A stretch of DNA of 64,000 nucleotides from Trueperaceae bacterium (GTDB lineage Bacteria > Deinococcota > Deinococci > Deinococcales > Trueperaceae). The position numbers and the translations under genes are program-made. The notes beneath the pieces were generated by a model. It saw only the letters and a list, made by a program, of their open reading frames with translations, searched no databases and was not told the origin of the DNA. Positions 20,683 to 31,133 of the stretch are shown here, one piece after another; the stretch's first letter is position 1, and each line of letters opens with the position of its first letter. The stretch is from positions 864,001 to 928,000 of the forward strand of contig OZ243927.1 of assembly GCA_965213925.1 (NCBI GenBank). Reading direction: 5' to 3'.

Positions 20683-20730
20683 GGAAAGGTTGTTCTTTTG
20701 TCAGCGAAAGGGAAGCTGTATAATACAGCT

Positions 20731-20955
20731 ATGGCTGACAGCAATTTTGAGCGCACCTTCGCGGCTTTACCTCCCGACCTCAAGCAAGAGGTCCAAGACT
20801 TTGCTGAGTTTCTCCTTTCCAAGCGATCAACGCAAGATAGAGCTGTGAGTGACGCTCACCCGCTCGCGAGCTTAGCGGGCGCATGGCGCGACGAGCCGCT
20901 CTCGGACGAAGACCTCTTGCCTGAACGAACGCTCGGACGCGGCGTCGATCTCTAA
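20731..20955 (+). CDS. DUF2281-like antitoxin
   Basis: LPPDLKQEVQDFAEFL...LAGAW; upstream of a PIN toxin. Confidence 0.7.
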   Translation: MADSNFERTFAALPPDLKQEVQDFAEFLLSKRSTQDRAVSDAHPLASLAGAWRDEPLSDEDLLPERTLGRGVDL

Positions 20956-20962
20956 ATTCTAG

Positions 20963-21364
20963 GTGCTTTATCTTCTCGACACGGATACGCTTGTTTTCTA
21001 CTTGCGGGGACGCTCCGAGGTGAGACAGAAAATTCTCAGCGTCCCTACGGATGATCTCTGCACTAGCGCTATGTGCATCGGCGAGCTTTATTATGGTGCG
21101 GAGAAATCTCAGAAGCAAGTGGAGCGAAAAGCCGAGGTCGACCGCTTGCGTGCGGCGCTGATGAGCATCCCTCTGCAAGGGGCGGTGATGGAGCGCTTCG
21201 GTCAGTTGAAGGCGTCGCTCGAGAAGCAAGGCGAGCGGCTAGCTGACGCCGACTTACTGATCGCGGCGACAGCTCTGGAAAACAACCTCACGCTCGTCAC
21301 GGGCAACCTCAAGCACTTCCAGCGTGTGCAGGGGCTGAAGATGGAGAGTTGGATCAAGCGCTGA
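20963..21364 (+). CDS. vapC: VapC PIN-domain toxin
   Basis: YLLDTD, GELYYGA, DLLIAATAL, LVTGNLKHF. Confidence 0.9.
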   Translation: MLYLLDTDTLVFYLRGRSEVRQKILSVPTDDLCTSAMCIGELYYGAEKSQKQVERKAEVDRLRAALMSIPLQGAVMERFGQLKASLEKQGERLADADLLIAATALENNLTLVTGNLKHFQRVQGLKMESWIKR

Positions 21365-21385
21365 AACGTCAGAAGGGCTGAGCCA

Positions 21386-21417
21386 TTATGCGTGAGACGC
21401 GCGCGTCTCTTGCAGAA
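21386..21417. repeat. 32-bp candidate recombination site G
   Basis: TTATGCGTGAGAC-GCGCGC-GTCTCTTGCAGAA (30/32 identical to site A). Confidence 0.85.
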
Positions 21418-21438
21418 GAAATCAGCAAGTATAACTCT

Positions 21439-21873
21439 TTAAGAGGTGGTTGCATCCTTCGGAGGGTAACGCCCTATTGCCTGCAAAACCTCCCGCTCCA
21501 GCAGCCTTTCGCGGACGTTGAACTGGAGCAGGCGTTCGGTGACGCGGGCGATATCGGTGAGCGGCATGATCTTCACCTGGTCGAGTTCGAAATGCTCAGC
21601 CCACAGGTCCACTCGCGGATTGTAAAAGCGCGCGAACGCCTCTGTCTTCCAGTCGATCGAGCCGATGTCGCTTCCCTTAGCGCGATTACAGACCACGCAG
21701 GCGAGTGCTAGGTTGTCCTCTTCGGTCCGCCCGCCGTGTTTCTCGCTGATGATGTGATCGATTTGCATTGCGTAGTAGCTGTCGTCTTCGTGGATCAAGC
21801 AGTATTCGCAGCATCTATTCGCCTTAGCTAAAACGCGCTGGCGCAGGTCCGCCGGGATATACGTTTTACTCAC
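21439..21873 (-). CDS. HNH endonuclease
   Basis: CCEYC...IDHIISEKHGG...NLALACVVCNRAKG...YNPR. Confidence 0.85.
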   Translation of the reverse strand: MSKTYIPADLRQRVLAKANRCCEYCLIHEDDSYYAMQIDHIISEKHGGRTEEDNLALACVVCNRAKGSDIGSIDWKTEAFARFYNPRVDLWAEHFELDQVKIMPLTDIARVTERLLQFNVRERLLEREVLQAIGRYPPKDATTS

Positions 21874-22099
21874 TCAGCAATTGCCTAGCTTTGGCTTTCG
21901 CTAAGCGCATAACGTGCTCGAGCTGCATATACTGGTCGAGCTCGCGACGCTCGTCCTGGGATAACCCCTGCGCCTTCTCTTGTTCGATAAGTTCGGCGAC
22001 CCGTGCTTGTGCGCCCTCAGAGGGGCGGAAGGAGACAACCCCAGAGGGATTTGCACCTGCGATCAGGTCAACGATTTCTTGGTAAGCGAGGGTTGCCAT
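21866..22099 (-). CDS. Small helical protein coupled to the HNH gene (antitoxin-like)
   Basis: FRPSEGAQARVAELIEQEKAQGLSQDERRELD; overlaps the HNH start. Confidence 0.7.
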   Translation of the reverse strand: MATLAYQEIVDLIAGANPSGVVSFRPSEGAQARVAELIEQEKAQGLSQDERRELDQYMQLEHVMRLAKAKARQLLSE

Positions 22100-22131
22100 A
22101 ACGCTATTATACCTCAGCTTGAGAAATGGGA

Positions 22132-22163
22132 TTCTGCGTGTGATGCGCGCGTTCGCCGCACAA
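22132..22163. repeat. 32-bp candidate recombination site H
   Basis: TTCTGCGTGTGAT-GCGCGC-GTTCGCCGCACAA. Confidence 0.85.
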
Positions 22164-22216
22164 AATTATCGAAGAGAACAAACGATGCGATGAGAAACTA
22201 CTTTGTGCCCCAACAT

Positions 22217-22678
22217 CTACCGTTTGAGCAGTCGCGGGTCATAGTTGAACGCTTGCGCCTCGCCGATCTCTACTCGCCCAGCATCGGGATGGTTCGGATT
22301 AAAAAGGTAGTTCCGTTCCGCCGCGACCACACGGCTCGGCACCGCGAGGAGCACCGACGCGTTACGCTTGACCCAAGCGTCCCCGATCGCTTGAGTGGTA
22401 GGTAGACCTTCAGGCTCAGCCCAGTTCTCGGACAAGCTCTCAGGCGACACGTTCAGTAGAAGCGTTTCGCCAAAGGTAATTGGAATAGCTGTATAAGGCT
22501 CAAGCGCACGCTCGTAGTCGATGTGGACGAGTAGCTCCAAAGCTGCGAGGGCTAAACTGCTCGCTAGATAAACGACTGCCGTGCCCGCTGAGTTCCAGCG
22601 ACCTCCGTAACGCCGCGCCCCCTCACCGTCGAATGCGGATGCAGCCCATTTAGGCGCGACGAGCCGCCAGGCTTTCAG
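22217..22678 (-). CDS. RES-domain toxin (NAD+ phosphorylase family); apparent CTG start overlapping the antitoxin stop
   Basis: Frame extends beyond the ORF track call: LKAWRLVAPKWAASAFDGEGARRYGGRWNSAGTAVVYLASSLALAALELLVH...VPS...NYLFNPNHPD. Confidence 0.85.
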   Translation of the reverse strand: MKAWRLVAPKWAASAFDGEGARRYGGRWNSAGTAVVYLASSLALAALELLVHIDYERALEPYTAIPITFGETLLLNVSPESLSENWAEPEGLPTTQAIGDAWVKRNASVLLAVPSRVVAAERNYLFNPNHPDAGRVEIGEAQAFNYDPRLLKR

Positions 22679-23124
22679 TAGAACACTCCATGCTCAACAC
22701 GGTGTAGTAGATGCTCGACCTCGCGCGCTCCCAGCTCACTATGGGCGAGTTCGAAAGGCGTTTGTCCGCCAAAAACTGGGCGCGGTGTCTGCATCCAACG
22801 CCGAGCTAAATCTTTGTCTCCAATGACCTGAGTCGCTAGAGCATAGAGTTCGGCAAAGCGCACCAACCGCTCGGATGGGCTGGACTCGAGTGGCGCACCC
22901 GCCTCTTCACGCCGCTGAACTGTGCGTAAGGAGAGACCAACTGCCTTCGCGAGGTCCTCGCGGGCAATACCTGCAGTCTTGCTGAACTGATCAAAGGCAG
23001 CAGCCGATAAACCTGAGCGCACCGTGCGGATACGCTCGAGCGGGGTACTCTGCGCCAGACCTAAAGCTGCATCCCAGATGCTCTGCTCCGCCGGGGGTGG
23101 GGTGAAATCGAAAACAGCATCCAT
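22675..23124 (-). CDS. Xre/MbcA/ParS antitoxin
   Basis: HTH LSLRTVQRR, ARRWMQTP, FGGQTP, VEHGVF. Confidence 0.85.
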   Translation of the reverse strand: MDAVFDFTPPPAEQSIWDAALGLAQSTPLERIRTVRSGLSAAAFDQFSKTAGIAREDLAKAVGLSLRTVQRREEAGAPLESSPSERLVRFAELYALATQVIGDKDLARRWMQTPRPVFGGQTPFELAHSELGAREVEHLLHRVEHGVFY

Positions 23125-23265
23125 AGCTAACCTCCAGACTACTGTCAATAATTATACGACAGAAGTCGCGTCAAGGCAGACTATTTATCGACATGTATGG
23201 TCAGTACACCTAACTGTCTTGAGGGGCTGATGTAGCGTATGCATGACCGCCCAGCCTACGCCTCG

Positions 23266-23297
23266 TTCTGCGGTGAACGCGCGCGTTTGGCACACAC
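23266..23297. repeat. 32-bp candidate recombination site I
   Basis: TTCTGCGGTGAAC-GCGCGC-GTTTGGCACACAC (inverted relative to site H). Confidence 0.75.
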
Positions 23298-23352
23298 GGG
23301 TCACAACAACCCTCGAAGCCTTGTTTATAACTCGAAATGGGTTAGTCAGCGA

Positions 23353-24734
23353 TTACTCCTTCACTGTGTCCAAACCCGCCGCCCGCCACGCTTTCATACT
23401 TCCTAGAACGTTCGTCACTCCAAAACCGCGCCGTTCAAGCAGACTCACCGCGATGCTCGCCCGGTAGCCGCTGCCGCAGTAAACCGTCACTGGTCTCTCT
23501 TGGTCCAACGTCTCTAGGTGTTCAGCCAGAAAGTGCAGGAAGACGTGCTGCGCACCGGGGATGAACCCCGCTTGCCACTCGTCCTCGCGCCGCACGTCGA
23601 GGAGCTGACCGACGTCGCCTGCTGCTATCTTGCGGTTCAGGTCGTGGACGCTCATACGTCCGGACGTTTCAAGTTCACGTCCCGCTTCGGTTCAGGTACG
23701 CATCCCGCCCCGCAAGTAGCCTATGACCTTGTCGAAACCGGTTCGCAGCAGGTGGGTTTGCGCCCTGGCCGCCGTCGCGCTGTCCTCACTGATGAGCACC
23801 AGCCGCTGCTCTGGGTCCAGCATCCAGCCGCACCAGATGGGGAAGGACGAGCGCAGCGCGATGTTGAGGCTGCCTTCAATGTGCGCTCCCGCGAAGGGTC
23901 GATCTCGCGGGTGTCGAGGAGCAATACGTCCTCTCGCCGTCGCAGGTCGTCCACCCGGTCCGGCGACAAGGCGCTCAGGTGGGGGCGCGGGCCTAGCGGT
24001 TCGGGACCCTGGGTATTCAGCCTTTTCATCCGGGGGTAGTAGCGCGGCTCCGGCGACAGCTCCGCCAAGACCTGTTCGGTAAATTTGGCTTCGCTGTTGA
24101 GTTGCAGCTTGGCGTTATGCGCCTTTTCATACCCCAAGGTTGTGCGGTCTCTCACCCCAATGCTGCCGCCGCAGGGTGAGCCCTCGCCGTGGGCGGGATA
24201 GACCTCGAGCGTCTCCGGTAGGCTGAGTAACTTTTGAAGCGAGCCGTAGAGGTCGCGGGCTAGCGCTTCTTCGCTCTTGCCCGTGGCGAGGTGGGGCGGC
24301 CCCACCTCGCTAGCGAAAAGGGTATCGCCTGTAAAGACTGCCCAGGGTTCCTCCGCTCCTTTACCGCCGCCGCGCACCACAAAGCAGACGTGCTCCGGGG
24401 AGTGCCCCGGCGTGTGCAGCACCTCGAGGGTGAAGGGGCCGACAGAGAGCGTGTCACCCTCCTTGAGCGCTTCGATCTCGAAGCCGTAGTCGCCTGCACC
24501 CACATAAATCGTTGCACCTGTCCGTGCAGCGAGTTCACGGCTGCCCGAGACGAAGTCGGCGTGGATGTGGGTCTCTAAAACGTGTGTGATGCGCAGTTGA
24601 TGACGCTGGGCTAGCCCCAGATAAACCTCAATGTCGCGGCGTGGGTCGATCACCGTGCAGACGCCCGCACCACTATTCCCCAAGAGGTAGGAGAGGTGCG
24701 CGAGCCCATCCGACTTGATAGTTTCTAAGATCAC
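23353..24734 (-). pseudogene. MBL-fold persulfide dioxygenase fused to rhodanese domains, disrupted
   Basis: THIHADF, HTPGH, GDTLF, PAHG; frameshift near 23895; in-frame TGA at 23692-23694 in GYLRGGMRT*TEAG; terminal rhodanese YCGSGYRAS. Confidence 0.8.
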
Positions 24735-24799
24735 GGTTTTCCTCCATCTGTCAGAGCTTCGGGCGCACCCTGGCTACTCCTATAAGTGCGACCGGCGCG

Positions 24800-25780
24800 G
24801 GAACAGATGGAACTCGACGCCCGCGACGTGTGGCGCGCGCCAACTATCAAGAGGTGAAAGAGGGGCGCGGCACCGAGGCGGGCGGCGTGTTCCTAGACAT
24901 TTCACATAGGGACGCCGACTTCAAGAGGGGAGCGCCTCGGCACCGAGGCGGGTTCAAAGACGGCGTGTTCCTAGACATTTCACATAGGGACGCCGACTTT
25001 ATCCGGGAGCGCCTCCCTAAGATCGTTCGCCAGTTCAAAGAGCAGGGCGTGGACATCACCGCTGAGCCGATGGAGGTCGCCCCGACCGCGCACTACGCGA
25101 TGGGCGGCATCAAGATAGATTTCGGGACGGGCGAGACGGACGTGCCGGGGCTCTTCGCCTGCGGCGAGGCCACCTCGGGGGTGCATGGCGCGAACCGCTT
25201 AGGGGGTAACTCGCTCTGCGAGACGGTGGTCTTCGGGAAGGTTGTCGGCGCACATGTGGCGGGCGAGATAGGCGCGCTGCCCGAGCCGAACGTTGACGAG
25301 GACGAGGTGGACGCCGAACTCGCTCGGCTCCGCGACCTGAGCGAGGCAGATGGAGATACAGAACCCGACGCGCTGATAGACGAACTCGGCAACCTGCTCT
25401 GGGACCGCGCGGGGATCGTCCGCAACCAGGTGGGGCTCGAGCAAGGGCTAGAGGAGCTGGCTACGTTGCGCGAACGCGCTCAAAACCTCCGCGTCGAAGG
25501 GGGCGTGACGGGTCACGACTTCGAGTTCGCCAACAACTTACAGTTCATGCTGCTCGCAGCCGAAGCTATCCTGCGCGGCGCGCTCATGCGGGACGAGTCG
25601 CGCGGCGCGCACCACCGCGACGACGCCCCGGAGGAGAAAGAGGAGTGGCAACAGAACATCCTCTACCGCAAAGAAGGCGGGCAGATGGCGCTGACGACCG
25701 AGGCGGTCGGTGAAGTACCCGAAGGGATTCAGCACGCCATAGAGGAGGGGCACACGCTCGAGTATCATCACCTGGAGTAG
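24800..25780 (+). pseudogene. 5'-truncated SdhA/FrdA/NadB-family flavoprotein with an internal duplication
   Basis: ELDARDV (frameshifted), [48 protein letters not shown] present twice. Confidence 0.75.
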
Positions 25781-28485
25781 TCGTTCCCCTCAACCCTCTC
25801 TTTCAGCGCCGCCACCCTCTCTTTCAGCGCTGCCGCGACCCGCGCGTGAGGTCGTTCGTCCGCTTCGCCAACGTCCGGGTTTTCTGCTAGGTCTTCTAGG
25901 TCTCCCGCCCTCTGCGGCTCTCCGAAAACGACTGTGACGCGGGCTGGTCGGGGCAGGGAACCCGGCGGCATCGCGTGTTGTGTACCGGCGATGTAGACGG
26001 GCACGGCGGGCACGTGCACGTCAGCGTGAGTCAGGAGCAGGCCGATGCCGGGGCGGAAGCGCTGCAGCTCGCCGGTCGGCGAGCGCTGCCCCTCGGGGAA
26101 CCAGACGAGAGAGTGGCCGCGCCTGAGCGCCGCCGCCCCGACCGCCAAGCTCGCCGTCGCCGCGCGGTCGCTGATCGGCACCGCTCGGGCTAAGCGCGTG
26201 AAACCTCGGTTGATGAGGTTGTGCGTGATGACCTGCTCCGAGCCCACCCAGAAGGTGTTGCCAAGTCTGCTTGCGCCGAGCGCCGCCGCCAGAACGAAGG
26301 GGTCTAAATAGCTCGCGTGGTTGGGCGTTAAGATAACGGGACCCTCGTCAGGCACGTGCTCGAGCCCCACCACCTCGAGCCTGAAAAAGGTGCGCATGAG
26401 CCCACCGTTGAGTGCCCAAAGAGGCCGCGCCAGCGCCCGCTGCCACGCGCTCAGCGGCGTGAGCCGGGCGCGCTGTTCATCGCTCAGAGATGCTTCGGGG
26501 TCGTCCAGAGGGTCAGCCCTTTCGCCCCCGGTTTCGCCCTCGGCCCGCTCCCCCACCTCGCGGAGCAGGTCGCGCACCGTGTCGAGCCGCCCGGCGGTCT
26601 CTTCGTCTAGCTCGACCCCGGCCCGCTCGCTGATCTCCAAGGTGAGGTTGACCCACTCGAGCGAATCGATGCCCAGCTCGAGCTGCAAGTCCGTTTCCGG
26701 CGCGAGGCGCTGCCCTTCGTAGCGCGACGCTAAAAAGTCCCAGACTGAGTGCGCCGCCCGGTTGTCCAGGAGCCGCTGGTCCTCTTCCGCCATCTCCCCT
26801 ATAGGGACCGGCTGAGCCTCTTCCTCACCGCCCGCCTGCACCTCGTCAAAGCGTTCCTCCAACAGGTGACGGCGCAGCTTGCCGAGCCGCGTACGGGGCA
26901 GCGGCTTCGCTGAGAGCGCGAAGTCGGCGAGGCGGGCGTAGGAGGGCAGTTCTTTCGACCGCTCCTTGATCGCCTCGGAGACCGCCTGCTCGGTCCAGGC
27001 GGTAGTCGAGAGGTGGCTGCTTTCGGCCCTCTGCCGCGCTTCGCCCCGCTCGGGCACGATCACGCCGACCAGGTCGCGCCCCTTTTTAAGCACGCCGACC
27101 TCCCGGATGACGGGGCTCTCTTCATACGCCGCCTCGACCCGGTCCGGCTGGAGGTTTTCGCCCCCTCGGGTGACGATTAGCGTCGAGACGCGCCCCGTGA
27201 TGAAGAGGTGCTCGTCCTCGAAATAGCCTAAGTCGCCCGTGCGAAACCAACCCGCCCCTAGCACCTCTTCGGTCTTGTCGGGGAGGTTGCGGTAGCCCGA
27301 GAAGACGCTGGGACCTCGCGCTAAAACCTCGCCCTCCCCCTCGCGCTCCCCGGACGCCTTCGCCTCGTCGAGGCGCAGCTCCACGCTCTCGACCGGCCTA
27401 CCGACGCTACCCAACCTCAGGTCGTCCGGCGCTTTGATGGTCAAGAGCGGCGAGGTCTCGGTGAGGCCGTAGCCGATGGCGAGGGGCCAGCCGAGCCCCT
27501 CGAGCTGCCAGGCCAACTCGGGGTCTAGTGCCGAGCCCCCCGAGGCGAGCAGGCGCACCTCGGGACCGAAGCGTGCGTGTAGGGGCGCGAGCAGGCGTTT
27601 GCCGAGCTGCCAACCGAAGCGGCGGCGCAAGGAGGTACTGAGCGTCAACGCCCCGCGCAGCAGCGGCGCGCTCGGCCAGCCTTGCGCGTCAATCCGCGAA
27701 CGAATCCCCTCGAAGAGCGCTTCGTAGAGGCGTGGCACGCCGAGGATGGCGCTCACCTCACCCTCGTTTAAGGCGCGTACCAGTTCGGGCCCGGTCCGCG
27801 CGGCGGGCAGTACGATGGGCGCGCCGACCGCTAGCGGTAAGAGCATCCCGATGACAAAGGGATAGACGTGGTGGAGCGGCAGGGGGAGGAGCAGAGTGTC
27901 GTCTGAGCGAAACAGCTCTGTCTCTATGATCGTCTCGAGCTGACTGGCGAGGTTACGGTGGCTGAGCGGCACGCCTTTGGGCGCACCTGTCGTGCCGGAG
28001 GTGTAAAAGAGGGCGGCAGTGTCCTCGGGCTCCGGTTTGGCTGCGTCGCCCGGCTCGCCTAATACGCGCCGCCAGCTACGCGCGTCGTCTTCAGTGTCGA
28101 AGAGGATGGGTTGAACCTCTACATCTTGAAGCCGCTCCAGCTCGTCGGACGTGGTGAAAACGAGGTGCGCACCGCTGTCTTTAAGCACGTGCCCGAGTTC
28201 TTCCCCCGACAGTTGCGCGTCAATCGGCACGACCACCGCGCCGGAGCGCAAGACTGCTAAGCAGGCGGCGATCCAAAGCGGCGTGTTGGCGGCGTAGAGT
28301 GCGACCGCATCACCCCGCTCGACCCCCTGCGCCCGGAGTCCACCGGAGAGCTGCGCGGCGGTGTCGGCTAGCTCTCCGTACGACCAGCGCTCGACCTCGT
28401 CTTTCCGAAAAGCCAAAAGCGCCGTGCGTTCCTGACGCTCGTGGAGCGACGCGATAAGTGACGGTATAGCGTGAACCTGCGACAT
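25768..28485 (-). CDS. AMP-binding acyl-CoA synthetase fused to an acyl carrier domain and a PlsC-type acyltransferase
   Basis: YTSGTTGAPKG, GYGLTE, TGDLG, LGIDSL, NHASYLD, FPEG. Confidence 0.85.
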   Translation of the reverse strand: MSQVHAIPSLIASLHERQERTALLAFRKDEVERWSYGELADTAAQLSGGLRAQGVERGDAVALYAANTPLWIAACLAVLRSGAVVVPIDAQLSGEELGHVLKDSGAHLVFTTSDELERLQDVEVQPILFDTEDDARSWRRVLGEPGDAAKPEPEDTAALFYTSGTTGAPKGVPLSHRNLASQLETIIETELFRSDDTLLLPLPLHHVYPFVIGMLLPLAVGAPIVLPAARTGPELVRALNEGEVSAILGVPRLYEALFEGIRSRIDAQGWPSAPLLRGALTLSTSLRRRFGWQLGKRLLAPLHARFGPEVRLLASGGSALDPELAWQLEGLGWPLAIGYGLTETSPLLTIKAPDDLRLGSVGRPVESVELRLDEAKASGEREGEGEVLARGPSVFSGYRNLPDKTEEVLGAGWFRTGDLGYFEDEHLFITGRVSTLIVTRGGENLQPDRVEAAYEESPVIREVGVLKKGRDLVGVIVPERGEARQRAESSHLSTTAWTEQAVSEAIKERSKELPSYARLADFALSAKPLPRTRLGKLRRHLLEERFDEVQAGGEEEAQPVPIGEMAEEDQRLLDNRAAHSVWDFLASRYEGQRLAPETDLQLELGIDSLEWVNLTLEISERAGVELDEETAGRLDTVRDLLREVGERAEGETGGERADPLDDPEASLSDEQRARLTPLSAWQRALARPLWALNGGLMRTFFRLEVVGLEHVPDEGPVILTPNHASYLDPFVLAAALGASRLGNTFWVGSEQVITHNLINRGFTRLARAVPISDRAATASLAVGAAALRRGHSLVWFPEGQRSPTGELQRFRPGIGLLLTHADVHVPAVPVYIAGTQHAMPPGSLPRPARVTVVFGEPQRAGDLEDLAENPDVGEADERPHARVAAALKERVAALKERVEGNDYSR

Positions 28486-28680
28486 CAATTCCCCCTAGCA
28501 GCGTGGTGACGAAAGCTACGGTTCAGTTTAGCAGGTGGTCGGCTAAACGGTTCTCCCCCGAGTTAAGAGTAGACGGGCGTACTTTCGCGCCTATCCCGTT
28601 CCTCTACGCTGGACGGGTCGAAGGGGCAGGGTGCATCTCGGTATCTCACTCCTGACAACTTCAACCTAGGGGGAGTAGCG

Positions 28681-29469
28681 ATGAGGATAGGAGTAAGCAT
28701 TGTAACGTTGGCGGCGCTTTTGCCGCTCGGCTTGGCGCAGGAAACAGGCGGGTCACAGACGGGCGGCTCACAGGAGGTCTACAACGTCTCCACCGTGTCG
28801 GAGACCTTCGGGCTCTTCACGATGGGGCTGCAAAGGGTCTCAGCGCAGGCCGCCGTGCAGAACATCCAAGGCTGGCAGGCGCGTTTAGAGGCCACGGAAG
28901 ACGAGCAGTTCGTGAGCTTGTCCGACGAGCTAGGGAGCCTCGCCGAGGCGCTGCAAACCTCCTCGCCCGACACTGCCGCCATCGCTGAACAGCTCGTCGG
29001 TCTGGGCGAGCGGACGGATGAAATCGCTACGAATGTGGACGACGAAGACCTCGCCAGGCGTCTCTCGACGCTCAGCTACGTCCTTCAAGAGGTCGGACAG
29101 ACGGTCCAGCAGCAGCCGCAAGTTGACCTCTCTAACCTCATCCCGGTAGTGCCGCCCGTGCTCGGTCGGACGGCCCAGTTTCTGCAGGGCGACCTGAATA
29201 ACGCCTCCTTAGCGGCGGCGCTCCTTAATATCGAGGCGTGGCAGGGGCGCATCCTGACTAACATCGAGGGCGACGCGGCGGAGCAGCTCGTGGAAGACTT
29301 GGAGGAGTTGCAAAACACCTTGCAGATGGAGCAGCCCGACCAGGCGCAGTTGGGTGAGACTTTCAGCTCACTCGCCGAAAGCACACGCGGGGTAGCCGAA
29401 GAGGTGGACCCGGCTTTGCAGAACGCCTTGGAGGGCTTTGCCGGGGTGCTCGAGTCGGTGGGGCAGTAG
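28681..29469 (+). CDS. Secreted acidic helical protein with two internal repeats
   Basis: Signal peptide; AAVQNIQGWQ and AALLNIEAWQ repeats; GGGAG RBS. Confidence 0.7.
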   Translation: MRIGVSIVTLAALLPLGLAQETGGSQTGGSQEVYNVSTVSETFGLFTMGLQRVSAQAAVQNIQGWQARLEATEDEQFVSLSDELGSLAEALQTSSPDTAAIAEQLVGLGERTDEIATNVDDEDLARRLSTLSYVLQEVGQTVQQQPQVDLSNLIPVVPPVLGRTAQFLQGDLNNASLAAALLNIEAWQGRILTNIEGDAAEQLVEDLEELQNTLQMEQPDQAQLGETFSSLAESTRGVAEEVDPALQNALEGFAGVLESVGQ

Positions 29470-29660
29470 CTCACCGGTCAGCGATTGCTGTCAGGTTCAG
29501 GGGGAGGCGCACCTCCCCCTGAACTATTGTTGACCCTGCTGTTAACTCCGTCAAAGACAGCCGTAGTCTTCGAACAGGGCTGCGTATCAAACTGTAGTGG
29601 GTGCGTTCGTAGCACCGTCTCGAGCGCAATCTGCGCCGCTCAATCTCGAAAGCAGCGTTT

Positions 29661-29777
29661 ATGTCACCTCTTAAATTACTCGTCCCTTTAGACGGCACTG
29701 ACTTCAGCCAACGCATCATCCCTCACCTCACGCGCCTTTTTCGCCCTGAGGATATCCAGGTGCACCTCCTCCCCTGA
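29661..29777 (+). pseudogene. Universal stress protein N-terminal fragment
   Basis: MSPLKLLVPLDGTDFSQRIIPHLTRLF...VHLLP* resembles the Usp N-terminal motif. Confidence 0.5.
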
Positions 29778-30007
29778 TCCAACCGCTTAAAGGCGAAGTC
29801 TGACCACGTCGTGCTCAACGCCGCCTAGCTTGTCGCGCTCCTAGAGCCGATGCACACTAGCACGCGGACCTGCTGGGACAGGTGCCGCTTTCAGAACGGA
29901 GAAGTCAAATTCTCCTATAACGATCGCCGTATCTGCGTACGTTCTGCTTCACGCGTGAACGCGTTTTAGGCCGAAATGCGTGGTCAATGACTGGCCTCCG
30001 CCTCCTT

Positions 30008-30517
30008 TCAAGACTTGCGCGTGGCGGCTCTTCGTATGTACACAGTCCACCCTCGCCGCCGGACCGGAACACCGGGCAGGCTGGGGATCAGCCGATCAGC
30101 GACGACACCGGTGACGACCGCGTAAACGGCTTTGTGCAGCAGGTCGATCGCCTGCTCGTCCAGCGGCCACGTCCACGGCGGTGCGACGACGCCCGTGGCG
30201 TTTTCCAGGGTTTGGTCGTTGAGCAAGCGCAGATTCAGAAACAGGAACGACCCGACCGGGCCGCGCAGCCCCCGCTCAGCCATCAGCCCGCGCGCCGCAC
30301 CCAGAAGGATGCCCTGACCCCAGTGCATGCCTCGGTTCAGCCATAGGCGTTCCTCGTCGGGCTTCTGTGCGAGCCCTAACAGCCGTTCTAGCGTGTGGGC
30401 TGGCACGTACGAATCCGGTCGGCGGGTGATCGCCTGCTCGAGCTTCTCAGCGGCGGTCATCGCCGCGACCCCGACCAGACCCGCCGCTAGTCCGCGCAGC
30501 GCCGCGTTCTTCATCAC
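30008..30517 (-). CDS. Hypothetical membrane protein
   Basis: GLAAGLVGVAAMT...PDSYVPAHTL...DLLHKAVYA; GGAGG RBS. Confidence 0.7.
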   Translation of the reverse strand: MMKNAALRGLAAGLVGVAAMTAAEKLEQAITRRPDSYVPAHTLERLLGLAQKPDEERLWLNRGMHWGQGILLGAARGLMAERGLRGPVGSFLFLNLRLLNDQTLENATGVVAPPWTWPLDEQAIDLLHKAVYAVVTGVVADRLIPSLPGVPVRRRGWTVYIRRAATRKS

Positions 30518-30875
30518 CTTACCTCCGCTCTACCGGTGTAGTAGTAGAGGTCCTTTTTCCGTATCGCCAGGTTGATATACAAAGTCAAAGCCGCCTCCCC
30601 CTTCTTTCGCTCATGATACGCAAGGGGCGTTCTCTGGACCTTGCGCCACAACCCATAGTCCGGCGGTTCAATCAATGGTGCAGAGAGTCCGAAGCAAGGG
30701 GATTGGTCCCGTTGGACACAATTAGAAGACATAGACATGGTTGGGGAGAGGATGGGGAGAAGGCAACCGCGTGCGACATCGGCAAGCGTCCTTTCCACGG
30801 TCAGTTCGCCGACATCTTGTCCGTGTTCAAAATCTTTAGGCGTGGGAACGGACCAAAGGCTGCCTAGGCTCTAGC

Positions 30876-30907
30876 GCAGGAGTTTAACGCGCGCGTTCGC
30901 TGCACAG
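30876..30907. repeat. Candidate recombination site K (left arm degenerate)
   Basis: GCAGGAGTTTAAC-GCGCGC-GTTCGCTGCACAG. Confidence 0.65.
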
Positions 30908-31133
30908 GCCATTAGCAACCTCGCGAGAGGTATTGGAAGGGCTAAATGGACGAGCAAGGTGACGGCGAGCTTGCATGGAGCTTAGATACCTCTGCTTCTC
31001 GCTTAGCGACGGGCTGTGAATCAGGAGTAACAACTGAAGCTAAAAACACGGCTCCCACGAAAACCGCCCAGCGCATCGCCTAAATTGTGACACACCCCCA
31101 ACGGCTTACCGCCTCCACCTGAAAAAGTAAGGC

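Noticed and set aside
24826..24846. GGCGCGCGCC as a recombination site
   Set aside because: It is coding sequence (VARAN) of the flavoprotein fragment and has no arms.
29932..29975. Possible additional 32-bp site (TTCTGCTTCACGCGTGAACGCGTTTT)
   Set aside because: It lies at a module boundary but lacks the GCGCGC core and correct arm spacing; at best a degenerate relic.
30514..30867. Short ORFs 30514..30798 and 30613..30867
   Set aside because: No recognisable motifs or RBS; possibly decayed sequence.
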